A stretch of DNA of 64,000 nucleotides from NCBI GenBank assembly GCA_030447315.1, contig JAUJPD010000005.1, forward strand, positions 95,140-159,139, in the 5' to 3' direction. The notes below the pieces were generated by a model, which saw only the letters and a list, made by a program, of their open reading frames with translations, did no database searches and had not been told where the DNA came from. Origin of the DNA: Actinomycetota bacterium. Its GTDB lineage: Bacteria; Actinomycetota; CADDZG01; WHSQ01. Shown piece by piece: positions 1-11,558 of this stretch (position 1 is the first letter of the stretch; each line of letters opens with the position of its first letter). A program made the position numbers and the translations under genes.

Positions 1-1716
<1,716 letters not shown>

Positions 1717-1720
<4 letters not shown>

Positions 1721-2493
1721 GGACGCCGCTCATCGCGGGGAACTGGAAGATGAACAAGACGCACCTCGAGGCGATCCATTTCGTGGAGCAACTGGGCCAC
1801 GAGCTTGCGGATCACGACCCGAAGAAGGTGGAGGTCGTCCTCTGCCCCCCTGCGACCGCGCTCCGTTCTGTCCAGACCACGCTGGACGACCGCCACCAGA
1901 ACCTCGGGCTGGGGGCTCAGAACATGCACCACGAGAACGAGGGTGCCTTCACGGGAGAGATCTCTCCGCTCATGCTCAAGTCTCTGCGCGTCAAGTACGT
2001 GATCCTGGGGCATTCCGAACGGCGGCAGATGTTCGGTGACACCAACGAAAGCGTCAACGCCAAGGTGAGGGCCGCGTTCGCGCACGACCTGGTGCCGATC
2101 ATGTGTTGCGGAGAAACCGACCTCGAGCGCGAGAACAACCATACCGAGGCAAGGATCGAGGCACAGGTGCGCGAGGGCCTCGCCGGCCTGACCGAGGATC
2201 GAGCGCGGCGGTTGGTGGTCGCCTACGAGCCGGTGTGGGCGATCGGGACCGGCAAGACCGCGACCCCAGAAGATGCACAAACCACCATCTCGTTCATCCG
2301 GGGTCTGCTGACCGACCTGTTCGCGGACGAGGTTTCCTCGGCCATCCGGATCCTCTACGGAGGCAGCATGAAGTCCGGCAACGCGGCTTCGCTGCTACGC
2401 CAGAGCGACATCGACGGCGGACTGGTGGGGGGCGCGTCCGCTTCCCTCGATGCCTCCGAGTTCGCGGCCATGATCAAGGCCGTGACTGCCTGA
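1717..2493 (+). CDS. tpiA: triosephosphate isomerase
   Basis: ATGA overlap with the pgk stop. PLIAGNWKMN, HSERR, YEPVWAIGTGKTA and GGASL motifs. Confidence 0.97.
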
Positions 2494-3786
2494 ATGGCCC
2501 TCAAGAAGATCGTTTACGTCATCCTGGACGGGCTCGGCGACGACCCCTTGGACGCCCTGGGAGGCGAGACGCCCCTGGAAGCCGCCGCCACTCCTAACCT
2601 CGACCGTTTGGCCCGCGACGGCCGCAACGGCTACGTCACCACGGTGGGAGAGGGCATCGCGCCCGAGTCCGACATCGCCGTCTTTTCCATCCTGGGTTAC
2701 GACCCCCACGAGCACCACACGGGACGCGGCCCTCTGGAATCGATAGGCGCGGGGATCGAGATGAGCGATGGCGACCTCGCTTACCGAGTGAACTTCGCGA
2801 CCGTCGAGGAAGAGGACGGGGGATGGAGGATCGTCGATCGGCGGGTGGGACGCGACCTGACCTCGGCGGAGGCGCACGAGCTCGCCGGGGAGGTGAACCA
2901 GAAGGTTTCCGTTCCCAACGCCCACTTCCAGTTCAAGGCAACGGTCGGACATCGCGGCATCCTCGTCCTTCATTCCGACGAGGGATCGTTGTCGGCCGAG
3001 GTCGCGAACTCGGACCCCGCTTATGGCCGCCAGGGAGCATTGGGGGTGGCGCTGGAGAGCTTCGACAACCGCGTCGTCCACGTCGAACCGATCGCCGGGA
3101 ACGAGGATGATCCCGCGGCGCGAAGAGCCGCCGGTCTCACGAACGCGTGGCTGCGTGGCGCCTTCGAGGTGCTCGATCGCTCTGAGGTGAACGCAAGGCG
3201 CAAGGGGGCCGGCAAGCTCGCAGGCAACTTCATCCTGACCCGCGACGGCGGCGATCACCTCCCGAAGCTCCAGTCGTTCCGGGACCGCTTCGGCCCCCAG
3301 ATGGGCTGCTTCGTGGAGATGCCGGTGGAGCTCGGCATCGCCCGATTGATGGGCATGGGCATCGTGGAGGCGCCCACGGGGATCCCCGCGCCGGAGCAAT
3401 ACGAGCAGTGGGCGGACCTCGCCCTCGAGGCCATCGAGGGCTACGACGGTCTCTACATCCACATCAAAGGACCCGATGTCCCCGCCCACGACGGAGATCA
3501 CGATGCCAAGATCGCCAGCATCGAAGCGATCGACTCGATCTTCTTCGCGCGCTTGCTCGACGCCCTCGACCTGCGAGCTTCGATCGTGGCCGTCACCGCC
3601 GACCACTCCACGAGCTGTGCCCGCAAGGCCCATACCGACGGCCCCGTTCCGCTGCTGGTCTCGGGCGGAGGAGTGAGCCCCGACGCCGTCGACAGCTACG
3701 GGGAGACCGCTTCTCGCCGGGGTGCGATCGGCCATCTTCTCGGCCCCCAGATCATGCCCAACCTGGTGGAGCTCGCGCGTTCGTGA
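2494..3786 (+). CDS. apgM: cofactor-independent phosphoglycerate mutase, archaeal ApgM type (metalloenzyme superfamily)
   Basis: The ATG follows the tpiA stop with no spacer. ILDGLGDDP, APESD (Ser nucleophile region), HIKGPDVPAHDGD and TADHSTS..HTDGPVPLLV match the ApgM layout as I recall it. Confidence 0.85.
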   Translation: MALKKIVYVILDGLGDDPLDALGGETPLEAAATPNLDRLARDGRNGYVTTVGEGIAPESDIAVFSILGYDPHEHHTGRGPLESIGAGIEMSDGDLAYRVNFATVEEEDGGWRIVDRRVGRDLTSAEAHELAGEVNQKVSVPNAHFQFKATVGHRGILVLHSDEGSLSAEVANSDPAYGRQGALGVALESFDNRVVHVEPIAGNEDDPAARRAAGLTNAWLRGAFEVLDRSEVNARRKGAGKLAGNFILTRDGGDHLPKLQSFRDRFGPQMGCFVEMPVELGIARLMGMGIVEAPTGIPAPEQYEQWADLALEAIEGYDGLYIHIKGPDVPAHDGDHDAKIASIEAIDSIFFARLLDALDLRASIVAVTADHSTSCARKAHTDGPVPLLVSGGGVSPDAVDSYGETASRRGAIGHLLGPQIMPNLVELARS

Positions 3787-3873
3787 GGCCGCGGGGCGCG
3801 GGAAGGCGCTGGTAGCGCCTCAGGCCCGGTACGCTGGAGCCTGAGCCAACCGGAACCGGACAGGAGCTTTGGA

Positions 3874-4104
3874 GTGCTGACCAACATCTTGATCGTCATC
3901 CACCTCGCCGCTTGTGGCGCGTTGATCATGCTGATCCTGTTGCACGCGGGGCGCGGTGGCGGGGTCTCGGAGATGTTCGGCGGGGGTATGCAGACCCAGG
4001 CCATGGGTTCGACCGTCATGGAGAAGAACCTGGACCGCATCACGGTGATCACGGCCATCGTGTTCGCGGGCACCACGATCCTCCTGGCGTCGAGACTCTC
4101 TTAG
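3874..4104 (+). CDS. secG: preprotein translocase subunit SecG
   Basis: 76 aa with two TM segments and a Gly-rich loop (LLHAGRGGGVSEMFGGG). Lies in the conserved tpiA-secG neighbourhood. Confidence 0.88.
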   Translation: MLTNILIVIHLAACGALIMLILLHAGRGGGVSEMFGGGMQTQAMGSTVMEKNLDRITVITAIVFAGTTILLASRLS

Positions 4105-4115
4105 ACCACCCCTCC

Positions 4116-5792
4116 ATGCTGTCGCCAGGCGCGCGCGCCCTCTGTCCTCTTCTTCTGTGTATCGCCCTCGTCGCGGCGGGGTGCAGCGGGAGCGCGAGCA
4201 CGCCCAGAGCCCAGGAGACCACCACTCAGGGGGGCCAGGTCGGAGCGGAAGACGATGTCACACCCCCGGATCCCGAGGCCACCTCCGCGGTCTTCGATCC
4301 CTCGGACGAGGTCTTGAACGTCGCCATCTCCGATCCATCTACCTTGGACCCGCTGCGGATCCAGGACCCCGGGTCCGTTCTGGTCGCTCGCCAGCTCTAC
4401 GAGGGTCTCACCCGATGGGATCCGATCGTGGAGAAGGTGCGCCCGGCCGCAGCGGAGTCATGGCGTATCTCGAACGGGGGCCGGGTCTTCACCTTCAAGC
4501 TCCGCGACGGCATGACCTTCCACGACGGCTCGCCGGTCACCTCCCAGGATTTCCGCTTCGCGTTCGACCGCATCGCACTGAAAGAGAACTCCTCCGAGCT
4601 CGCTTACATCCTGGATCGGGTGGCGGGCTTCACCGAGGTCAACCAGCTCGGTAAGTCGCGGCACCTGGCCGGCATAGCCACGCCCACCGACCAGATCTTG
4701 ACGATCACCCTGAGTGAGCCCTTCTACGACCTTCCCGCGGTCTTGACGCATCCGGCCCTGGTTCCGCTTGCGGAGAGGCGGGTCAACAAGATCGATGAGT
4801 TCCTCGCGGCCCCGGTCGGCAACGGGCCCTTCAAGATGGCCGAGGTGTGGGCGCCGGGCCAGCCGGTGATCCTGGAGGCCTTCCCCGGCTTCATCGAGAC
4901 GCCCGACCTGGACGGGATCCGGTTCCTTCCTTACCCCGACGCCGCCGCGTCTTGGTTGCAGTTCCGGGACGGCGATCTCGACGTGGCCGAGGTGCCCGCA
5001 GGGCAGATCCAGGACGCGGAAAAGACCTATGGAGCCCAGGGGTTCAGGCCGTTCCTCGCCTCCTATTACTACGGCTTCAACCTGCGCTCGGAGGCATTGA
5101 AGAGCATCGCTTTGCGCAAGGCGGTCAATCGCGCGATCGACCGCGATGAGATAGCCGATTCGATCTACAAAGGCACGATGACGCCGGCTCGAGGCATCGT
5201 TCCCGCGGGTATGCCGGGGTTCCAGGAGAACATCTGCGTGGTTCTGTGCAAGCACTCGCCGCAGGTTGCCTCCGACCTCGTGGACGGCTTGAAGAAGAAG
5301 GAGCGCTCGGTGACCCTCGAGTTCACCAAGGGCGAGCCCCACGATGACGTCGCCCGTCTCATCAAGAGCGACCTCGAGCAGGTGGGCCTGAACGTCACCG
5401 TCCGCTCCTTCGGCTTCGATCGCTACCTGCGCCGGCTGCGGGACCAAGATCAGGGTCTCTACCGTCTCGGCTGGATCGGGGAGTACCCGGTTCCCGACGT
5501 GTTCCTCTCGCCCTTGTTCGAAAGCGACTCGCCCGACAATCACACCGGCTTCAGATCCCGCAAGGTGGATGCTCTCCTCGCCCGCGCTCACGCCGAGCCA
5601 TCCCACGGACGCCGCGACCAGATCTACATCGAGGCCGAGAAAGCGATCCTCCGACAGGTCCCCATCGCTCCGATCGGCTCCTTCGTCACCCACTGGGCGA
5701 CGCAGCCGAACGTCCAGGATCTGAACTTCGACGTCATGGGTGGCTTCGACGCGACCGACGTGTTCCTCGAGGACGAAGACACCGAGGTGTGA
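4116..5792 (+). CDS. ABC transporter substrate-binding lipoprotein, family 5 (peptide/nickel type)
   Basis: The internal ATG at 4116 gives a signal peptide plus lipobox (LVAAGC). Family-5 SBP-like length and sequence (WRISNGGRVFTFKLRDGMTFHDGSPVTSQDF). The ORF-track start at 3912 overlaps secG out of frame and was rejected. Confidence 0.82.
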   Translation: MLSPGARALCPLLLCIALVAAGCSGSASTPRAQETTTQGGQVGAEDDVTPPDPEATSAVFDPSDEVLNVAISDPSTLDPLRIQDPGSVLVARQLYEGLTRWDPIVEKVRPAAAESWRISNGGRVFTFKLRDGMTFHDGSPVTSQDFRFAFDRIALKENSSELAYILDRVAGFTEVNQLGKSRHLAGIATPTDQILTITLSEPFYDLPAVLTHPALVPLAERRVNKIDEFLAAPVGNGPFKMAEVWAPGQPVILEAFPGFIETPDLDGIRFLPYPDAAASWLQFRDGDLDVAEVPAGQIQDAEKTYGAQGFRPFLASYYYGFNLRSEALKSIALRKAVNRAIDRDEIADSIYKGTMTPARGIVPAGMPGFQENICVVLCKHSPQVASDLVDGLKKKERSVTLEFTKGEPHDDVARLIKSDLEQVGLNVTVRSFGFDRYLRRLRDQDQGLYRLGWIGEYPVPDVFLSPLFESDSPDNHTGFRSRKVDALLARAHAEPSHGRRDQIYIEAEKAILRQVPIAPIGSFVTHWATQPNVQDLNFDVMGGFDATDVFLEDEDTEV

Positions 5793-7144
5793 CGGCCCGC
5801 ACCATCGCCGTAGTCGGGGCCCTCGCGCTGGCGCTCGGGGCCTGTCAGCCCGACGATCCTGGGCCGGCGGCTTCCCCAGAGGCTTCGCCGGCGGCTTCCC
5901 CGGAATCTCCTTCGGCCTCTCCCGTGCGAGGTGGGTCGGTCACCTTCGGCGTGTACGGTGAGCCCGCGACGCTTGACCCCCACTCGCCGCTCGCCTCCGA
6001 CCTCACCTACGCGCTCGCAACGCCGCTCTATCGAAGCCTCTATCGCCTGGAGCCCGGCGGGGACCCGGTCCCCGATCTCGTGGCCTCGCTCGAGCCGTCC
6101 GGAGACACAGCCACCATCCGTCTTGTCAATGCTCGGTGGAGCGACGGGAGCCAAGTGACCGCAAGAGACGTCGTAGCCACGATCGGGCGCGCGCGGCAAC
6201 CATCGGGGCTGGCCGAGATCGACTCCGTCCGCCCTACCGGACGACGAAGCCTCGTGGTGACGGGGGCGGTCGAGGACTGGCCCCAGACCCTTGCCCGCGC
6301 TTCCTACATCCTTCCTTCGAACCGCCGGCGGGTGTTCTCGGGACCCTTCGTCCTGCGCTCCCGTGTGCCCGGCCTTCAGGTGACGTTGGAAGCCAATCCC
6401 ACCGCGGAGCCGCGGCCTCTGCTCGACCGGATCACCGTGCAGTTCACCGAGGGCCTGGACATCCTGGTCGCGCTGCTGGAGCGAGGCGACCTGGACGCGG
6501 CGTGGGTCCCGTCCTCGCTCAATCTCGTCCAACGACTGGACGAGCTTGGCCTCGCCCACATAGAGACATTGGGCTGGGAGAGAGTCATCCTCGATCTCGA
6601 AGGCAGTGACCTGAGCTTGGCTCGGAAGAAGGCGCTCGCCGGTGCCGTCAAACGACGGGCCATCGAGACAGGTTTCGTCAGAGAGGCCGGCCGGATCAGT
6701 GACACCCTCGTTCCGGAACCAGGGCCGGGAGGCTCCACGGGAGCTTTCGACGAAGCTTTTCGGTCGAAGGGAAGGGGAGAGGGAACGACCATCCAACTCG
6801 GAGCCCCGTCGGGTGACGAGTTGCTCGAGTTGATACAACGCCTGGTTCAGGTTCAGCTCGATAAGGCTGGTTTCGACGTCGAGTTGATCAACGTCGAGTA
6901 CCGGCGCTATTACGGCGCATGGTCGCTCGAAGATCCCATAGACGTGGCGATCAGGAGAGCTGCGGGAGCGCCGGGGCTGGCAGCGATGGCGTCCGCGCGT
7001 TCGTTGCGACGGTTGCCGCTGTTTCACGTCGCGACCTTGGTCGCGACGCAAGATGGTCTAGAGGGAGTGGAGGTTTCGCCCACGATCGAGGGCCCCTTGT
7101 GGAACGCGCAGGAGTGGTACCTGGTGGACGGAGGAGGAACCTAG
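5789..7144 (+). CDS. second, diverged SBP-like lipoprotein
   Basis: GTGA overlap with the previous gene. Signal peptide plus lipobox (ALGAC). Weak family-5 SBP resemblance ([21 protein letters not shown]). No permease or ATPase genes nearby. Confidence 0.6.
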   Translation: MTARTIAVVGALALALGACQPDDPGPAASPEASPAASPESPSASPVRGGSVTFGVYGEPATLDPHSPLASDLTYALATPLYRSLYRLEPGGDPVPDLVASLEPSGDTATIRLVNARWSDGSQVTARDVVATIGRARQPSGLAEIDSVRPTGRRSLVVTGAVEDWPQTLARASYILPSNRRRVFSGPFVLRSRVPGLQVTLEANPTAEPRPLLDRITVQFTEGLDILVALLERGDLDAAWVPSSLNLVQRLDELGLAHIETLGWERVILDLEGSDLSLARKKALAGAVKRRAIETGFVREAGRISDTLVPEPGPGGSTGAFDEAFRSKGRGEGTTIQLGAPSGDELLELIQRLVQVQLDKAGFDVELINVEYRRYYGAWSLEDPIDVAIRRAAGAPGLAAMASARSLRRLPLFHVATLVATQDGLEGVEVSPTIEGPLWNAQEWYLVDGGGT

Positions 7145-7163
7145 GCTCTCGATATAATCGTCC

Positions 7164-7192
7164 GGGCCCCCCGAAGCGGTGGGGGCCTTTCT
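7164..7192 (+). terminator. rho-independent terminator after the SBP pair
   Basis: GGCCCCC (7165-7171) pairs with GGGGGCC (7181-7187) around a 9-nt loop, followed by TTTCT. Confidence 0.6.
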
Positions 7193-7195
7193 CAC

Positions 7196-7279
7196 GTCGG
7201 AGTGGCGGAATTGGCAGACGCGCTAGCTTGAGGGGCTAGTGGCCGCAAGGCTGTGGGGGTTCAAGTCCCCCCTCCGACA
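7196..7279 (+). tRNA. tRNA-Leu (anticodon GAG)
   Basis: Hand fold: acceptor GTCGGAG/CTCCGAC, anticodon stem CTAGC/GCTAG with loop TTGAGGG, long variable arm, T-arm GGGGG-TTCAAGT-CCCCC, discriminator A. CCA is not encoded. Confidence 0.9.
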
Positions 7280-7376
7280 CTGAAAAAGAGTAGCTGAAAC
7301 CGCAGGTAGAACGGCACGGACGTCCGTTCGTGAACGCTTCCAAACCCGACGTATACGTCGTATTTGGAGCCGACTT

Positions 7377-8019
7377 CTAACATTCTTCTAACGTCCGGCT
7401 CCGAAGACCAGCGAAGCCACCTCGACGTCGCCTCTTAGCCTGCAAGCCTTGGATCGAGTGTGTGTACAAATCCAACGTGATGCTGACGCTGCTGTGGCCC
7501 AGGATCTCGCTCACGACCTGGCACACGCCGGAGGCGGGGTGGCAGCCAGGGATACCAGTCCTCGAGGGCCAGTGGCGAAGGTGTGGCGCCGTGAATCCTG
7601 GAACCATGTCTCCTGGGAACCCTTGCTTGCCGTGACAGCCGCTGCAGAACGTCGTCGGGTGGATCAGCGACCCATCGATGGCCAACAGAACGGACCCCCG
7701 TCCGAGGCCGGACCCATCAGGAGCTTGTCTTCGGCCTGGGCCACCTTGTGAGCCTTGAGCGCCGCCACGGTTTCGGGTGCCAACGGAATAGAGCGCTTAC
7801 TGCGCGGTGTCTTCGGCTCGACCATAGTCGGAGTCACGCAGCGCTTTCGAGAACCAGTTCGTGTTCGACGGATCGACACGTCCACGGTGCTAGATCGAGA
7901 GACACATCGACCCAACGAAGCCCGAGAACCTCACCACGGCGCATTCCGGTCGTCGCGGCTAGTAGCCACTGGGGCGTAGCGAGACGGTCACCGGAAGCGA
8001 CCTCCAGGAAGCGCCGCAT
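7377..8019 (-). pseudogene. tyrosine recombinase/phage integrase, frameshifted and N-terminally truncated
   Basis: Three overlapping minus-strand ORFs in different frames carry consecutive integrase motifs: TGMRRGEVLGLRWVDV (catalytic Arg box), EPKTPRSKRSIPLAPETVAALKAHK, and LGHSSVSITLDLYTH (C-terminal Tyr box). Confidence 0.8.
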
Positions 8020-8260
8020 CTCATTCGCTGTTCATCTGGCAGCGGCAGCAGGCCTGACTGATGACGCCACAACGACCCTTACGCTGAGCGAGGAGCAGCG
8101 GTCAAAGGACGCAAGTCCTTCGGATCGAAGCGGCGGAGTGGCTAACGCCTACTCCCGGACGCCCTTGACGGGAGAAGCATCGGGCGCAGCGAGTGCCCAG
8201 TATCTCTGGGACAGCTGGGGAGCTGGGTGGAGCCGGTAGGTGAACTCGTGTCGAGGACGC

Positions 8261-8464
8261 ATGACCTTTCGTAGACCGTGGCCTGTGATGTGGCTGCCGA
8301 CGCGGACTGTGCGCTGGAGCTTGTGCAGCAAGTAGAGAGCCACGTCAGTACAAACATCCCAGCAAGAGGGGCCGGGTAACGGTGCTGGCAAGCCGGGCCA
8401 TGATGTGCCGCAAGGAACTCTCACAAGTATCCTGAGACAAGCGCAGCTGAAGGAGAAGCAATGA
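8261..8464 (+). pseudogene. hicA: HicA-family toxin, broken by at least two frame changes as sequenced
   Basis: 204-nt span from an ATG to an ATGA overlap with hicB. Motifs are split over frames: ..VESH, RQYKHPSKRGRVTV, AGKPGHDVPQGTLTSILRQAQL. Confidence 0.5.
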
Positions 8465-8669
8465 GCCAGTACCTCGTGGTGGTTGAGAAGGCTGGCGATA
8501 ATTTCGCCGCCTATTCACCCGACCTACCCGAATGCGCCGTGACCGCTGACACCAAGAGGAAGCGCTCAATCTGATGCGCCGAGCCATCGATCTTCACATT
8601 CGCGGCCTGCGCGAGGACGGGCTTCCTGTTCCGGAACCCTCGACATCAGCCGAGTGTCTCGCCGTATAG
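8461..8669 (+). pseudogene. hicB: HicB-family antitoxin with one frame change near 8555-8560
   Basis: MSQYLVVVEKAGDNFAAYSPDLPECAVTADTK continues in the next frame as EEALNLMRRAIDLHIRGLREDGLPVPEPSTSAE. Confidence 0.72.
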
Positions 8670-8680
8670 GGCCCAACCCA

Positions 8681-9268
8681 ATGGTTACTCTAGACGCGCC
8701 TAACTTGACGATCGTCATTGCGGCAGAACCCGATGAGGTGTTCCCGCATTTCTGCCGTCCGGAATTGATCCAGCGATGGAGTCTCGGAATCAAGTCCGTC
8801 CAGGTGATCCAGGGTGATGCGTGCGCTCCCGGGAGCGTTCTCGTGTCGAAAATGAGCTGGAGCTCAGGTGTACGGAAGGCCCACACAAGGGTGATCGAAA
8901 GTAATCCCCCTTGGAAGTTCGTGACTGAAGAGCAGATCGGTGGGGTCACCGCGATTCAGACGTCTGTTCTAGAGAAGGTCGCGGAGGGAACCAAGGTGGT
9001 CTGCACATTGCAAGTTGCGAAACGCGGTGGCATCTATGGATTCATGTTGCGATTGCAGCCCGATGTATTCACCAAACAACTTGGCGTCCTGCTACCTCGA
9101 TTGAAGAAGGCGGTCGAGGAGCCCGACAAGAGCCGGTCAACTCGTGGGTTTCGAGGCCATCTTTGGGAGAGCTTGAAGGCCTCTCCTCGCCTCTCCCTCA
9201 AAGGTTTCCTCGCGTGCTTTGTTGGGAGCTACCTCATCGTGGCCGTCATAAAGGTCCTCGTCTCTTAA
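8681..9268 (+). CDS. SRPBCC-superfamily protein with a C-terminal TM helix
   Basis: The internal ATG at 8681 follows hicB. START/polyketide-cyclase-like N-terminus (LTIVIAAEPDEVFPHFCRPELIQRWS). Hydrophobic tail FLACFVGSYLIVAVIKVLV. Confidence 0.55.
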   Translation: MVTLDAPNLTIVIAAEPDEVFPHFCRPELIQRWSLGIKSVQVIQGDACAPGSVLVSKMSWSSGVRKAHTRVIESNPPWKFVTEEQIGGVTAIQTSVLEKVAEGTKVVCTLQVAKRGGIYGFMLRLQPDVFTKQLGVLLPRLKKAVEEPDKSRSTRGFRGHLWESLKASPRLSLKGFLACFVGSYLIVAVIKVLVS

Positions 9269-9602
9269 AAAGGGACCACCGGGAACTGTGTGTCGCCTCA
9301 GGTGTTGGCTGAGTATTGAGGAATGGTCGAAGACTCCTCTTAGTGCGCAGCGGCGAAAGAACTTTCCGGCCATGCACTGACAAGGGCCGCATTGGGAAGC
9401 GACTCGCTTCGCGAACCTTAGGCGCAGATCTTGGGGCCGTATCCGGCTCAACGCGTTGCGGGAGAGTCGTCCAGGACCGCGAGACCGAGCGCGGCAACAA
9501 GATCGTCGTGATTTCCCGCTCGCATCGCGCCGGTGACTACGTTCACGTCGCGCGCCGACAGTAGTGTCCGCGAATGGCTGATCCCGCTGTGGCGAAAGAG
9601 GC

Positions 9603-9914
9603 ATGACCGCTACCGGTACCTCAACCCACTCTCGTTCGCTCGCCAAACAGCTGCTAGGCGCGATCTGGTTGGTTGCCACTTTCTTTGGGGGGTGCGCCCT
9701 CTTTCTGTGGGCCTGGCTGTGGAATCTGCCGTTGACTGGAGAAATACACCCGAACCTTCCCCCCTACACGGTGCTGGCGGGTGCTATAGCCGCCTCTGGT
9801 CCGGGGACGCTCTGGTTCTTTACTCGGAAGTCTTTGTGGCTCTTGGCGGCAGGCGTCTTTCTAGCGACGGGTGTGGCCCTCGCCATCATCATGGCTGTTG
9901 CGAGTTTGGACTGA
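9603..9914 (+). CDS. hypothetical small membrane protein (3 predicted TM segments)
   Basis: 103-aa ORF with three hydrophobic stretches. No family recognised. Confidence 0.35.
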   Translation: MTATGTSTHSRSLAKQLLGAIWLVATFFGGCALFLWAWLWNLPLTGEIHPNLPPYTVLAGAIAASGPGTLWFFTRKSLWLLAAGVFLATGVALAIIMAVASLD

Positions 9915-9985
9915 GGTGGGCCCAGCGGGCAGCTAGTCCTGCTCCATTTTGCCGTCCCTCAGTGCGAGGGTGGCGCGCAACGCGG

Positions 9986-10018
9986 GTGTGCTGAAGGTTC
10001 GACTCGCCCCTCCGACAC
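9986..10018 (+). repeat. att-like direct repeat R1 (resembles the tRNA-Leu 3' end)
   Basis: GTGTGCTGAAGGTTCGACTCGCCCCTCCGACAC. Its last 23 nt match tRNA positions 7258-7280 at 20/23. It is 30/33 identical to R2 at 34951-34983. Confidence 0.65.
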
Positions 10019-10338
10019 CCAGGACTTACCAGTACGTGGGGGTCCTTCGCTCGCCTGAGTCCCCTTCGAGTACAAGCGACTGGACGGCGGAGGGCTCGGT
10101 TACTGGTGGCCGCTGGTTCGAGTTGCAGGCGGCGACACTGGTGGATGCCCTTCCCGATGGGCGTCCTAGAAGCGGAAGGAGGGCGGGGACCGCGCGCCCA
10201 CTGAGTCTGGCTTAGGTTAGCTGGACGACTTTCGTGACGTCGACCAGGACCGGGGTTCCGACGAGGTCGTGTCTATCTCCAAGACTCGCCTTTCTGTTTG
10301 CATCCCCCAGGCTCAGCCCCTAAGATGCCGCCCGTCAG

Positions 10339-10479
10339 AGCGATGGTGCGAGGAAGCCGGTTAGATGCCGGCGCGGTCGCTTTCACTGTAGCCGGAGGGT
10401 CTCTCCACAATGCCACTGCCGCAGGGCGGGAAGGCGGAGTAGGACGATGCTCCGGGAGCCAGGACATTCGGCCATCGCT
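10339..10479 (+). promoter_or_regulatory. cobalamin (B12) riboswitch aptamer
   Basis: P1 pairing AGCGATGG (10339-10346) with CCATCGCT (10472-10479). Conserved core GGTGCGAGGAAGCCGGTTAGATGCCGGCGCGGTC, GCCACTG..GGGAAGGCGG, and a B12-box-like GAGCCAGGACATTCGGCC. AGGAGG plus ATG at 10518 follow. Confidence 0.8.
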
Positions 10480-10517
10480 ATACCGCCGAACGGGACGCGC
10501 AATCCCCAGGAGGTTTC

Positions 10518-10717
10518 ATGTCGAACGTTGCTGTTGCGCCAGTTCTCTCCGAAGCTGGCTACCCGCCCGCGATCTCCCTTCGCATCTTTGGCCTTGGACC
10601 GTCTTCGTAGCAGCGATCCTGCTCTTCGCTCTACATGATGGGCTCGTACCAGGGTTCAGCGACGCTGCACGAGTTTCTCCACGACGGTCGGCATCTGCTC
10701 GGCTTCCCTGTCACTGA
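10518..10717 (+). pseudogene. cbtB: cobalt transporter subunit CbtB, about three frame changes as sequenced
   Basis: N-terminus MSNVAVAPV.., TM segment WTVFVAAILLFAL (other frame), then YMMGSYQGSATLHEFLHDGRHLLGFP. The terminal PCH-stop appears only after a 1-nt shift at a CCC run. Confidence 0.7.
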
Positions 10718-10727
10718 CGGCCCAAAG

Positions 10728-11488
10728 ATGTTGAGGGGCTTGCTCGTCTGCGGGCTCGTCGCAGTGCGCCGGCCTGCTTGCAACTGGATTCGCTCGGATC
10801 GTGGGAGAACCCTCCGTCGACGCGGCGATCGCCTTCGAGGAAAGTCAGGTGGATCCGGCCGCCGCCGGCAGCATCCACGCATCAACATGCGGGGCCCTTT
10901 GGTCTCGCGGAAGACCCAGAGCACCGCGGGCTGCTCGGTGCCGCTCTCATCTACGGCCTCTCGTTAGGCGGGCTCTTCGCGTGCTCTTGCATTCGTCTAC
11001 GGGCGTGTGGGCAAGCTCAGTCCAGCCGCTACGGCACTTTGGCTGGCAGGCGCATCGTTCGTCGTCCTCTTCTCGTGCCGTTTCTAAAGTTCCCTGCGAA
11101 CCCACCGGCGGTGGGGAACCCGGACACGATCACCAAGCGAACGGTTCTGTACTTCACGATGATGGGCATCTCGATCCTCGGCGCAGTGCTTGCGGTGCGC
11201 GCTCGCAAGCTGCTTGCACACCATGGACCGTCACCGGCCCTGGCCGTAGGCCTCGCGCCCTACGGGGTGGTCGTTCTCGTGGCAGGGCTGGCCCTGCCCG
11301 GCATCCAGGAGGTGCCGAGGGACTTCCCGGCCGTGACCCTATGGGAGTTTCGGCAGGCGACTGTTGGCACTCAGCTCGTCCTCTGGACGGTGCTCGGCTC
11401 GGTCTTCGCGCTCGGATCAAGACGGGTGATGACTCCGCTTGAAGTGCCGAGCCAGGAGCTGGCGTCCCCACTTCGACCAGGAGACTGA
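10728..11488 (+). pseudogene. cbtA: cobalt transporter subunit CbtA, at least four frame changes as sequenced
   Basis: CbtA-like blocks lie in different frames: MLRGLLVCGLVA, GEPSVDAAIAFEE, LAFVYGRVGKLSPAATALWLAGASFVVL, LVPFLKFPANPPAVGNPDTITKRTVLYF, FPAVTLWEFRQATVGTQLVLW. Confidence 0.72.
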
Positions 11489-11558
11489 CATTGCCCGCCC
11501 ACCCGGGATCCGCCGCCCCGGCCCTCCTCCGATCGGTGGCCGCCCCGGGCGCGCAGCA

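Larger units (their letters stand above)
7280..10018. mobile_element. decayed integrative islet at tRNA-Leu (integrase remnant, hicAB, SRPBCC, membrane ORF), ending at att-like repeat R1
   Basis: Bounded by the tRNA 3' end and a 20/23 direct copy of it at 9996-10018. The integrase pseudogene abuts the tRNA. GC looks lower by eye. Confidence 0.55.

Noticed and set aside
3787-3873. Hairpin CTCAGGC..GCCTGAG between apgM and secG as a terminator or attenuator
   Set aside because: It has a 7-bp stem, a 14-nt loop and no U-tract. It is not distinguishable from random GC-rich complementarity.
8149-8424. Minus-strand 91-aa ORF with a GSH-containing stretch (RTVRVGSHITGHG) that looked HicA-like
   Set aside because: The plus strand of the same region carries better HicA blocks (RQYKHPSKRGRVTV, GTLTSILRQAQL) and ends in an ATGA overlap with hicB. 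The minus-strand ORF is most likely its antisense shadow.
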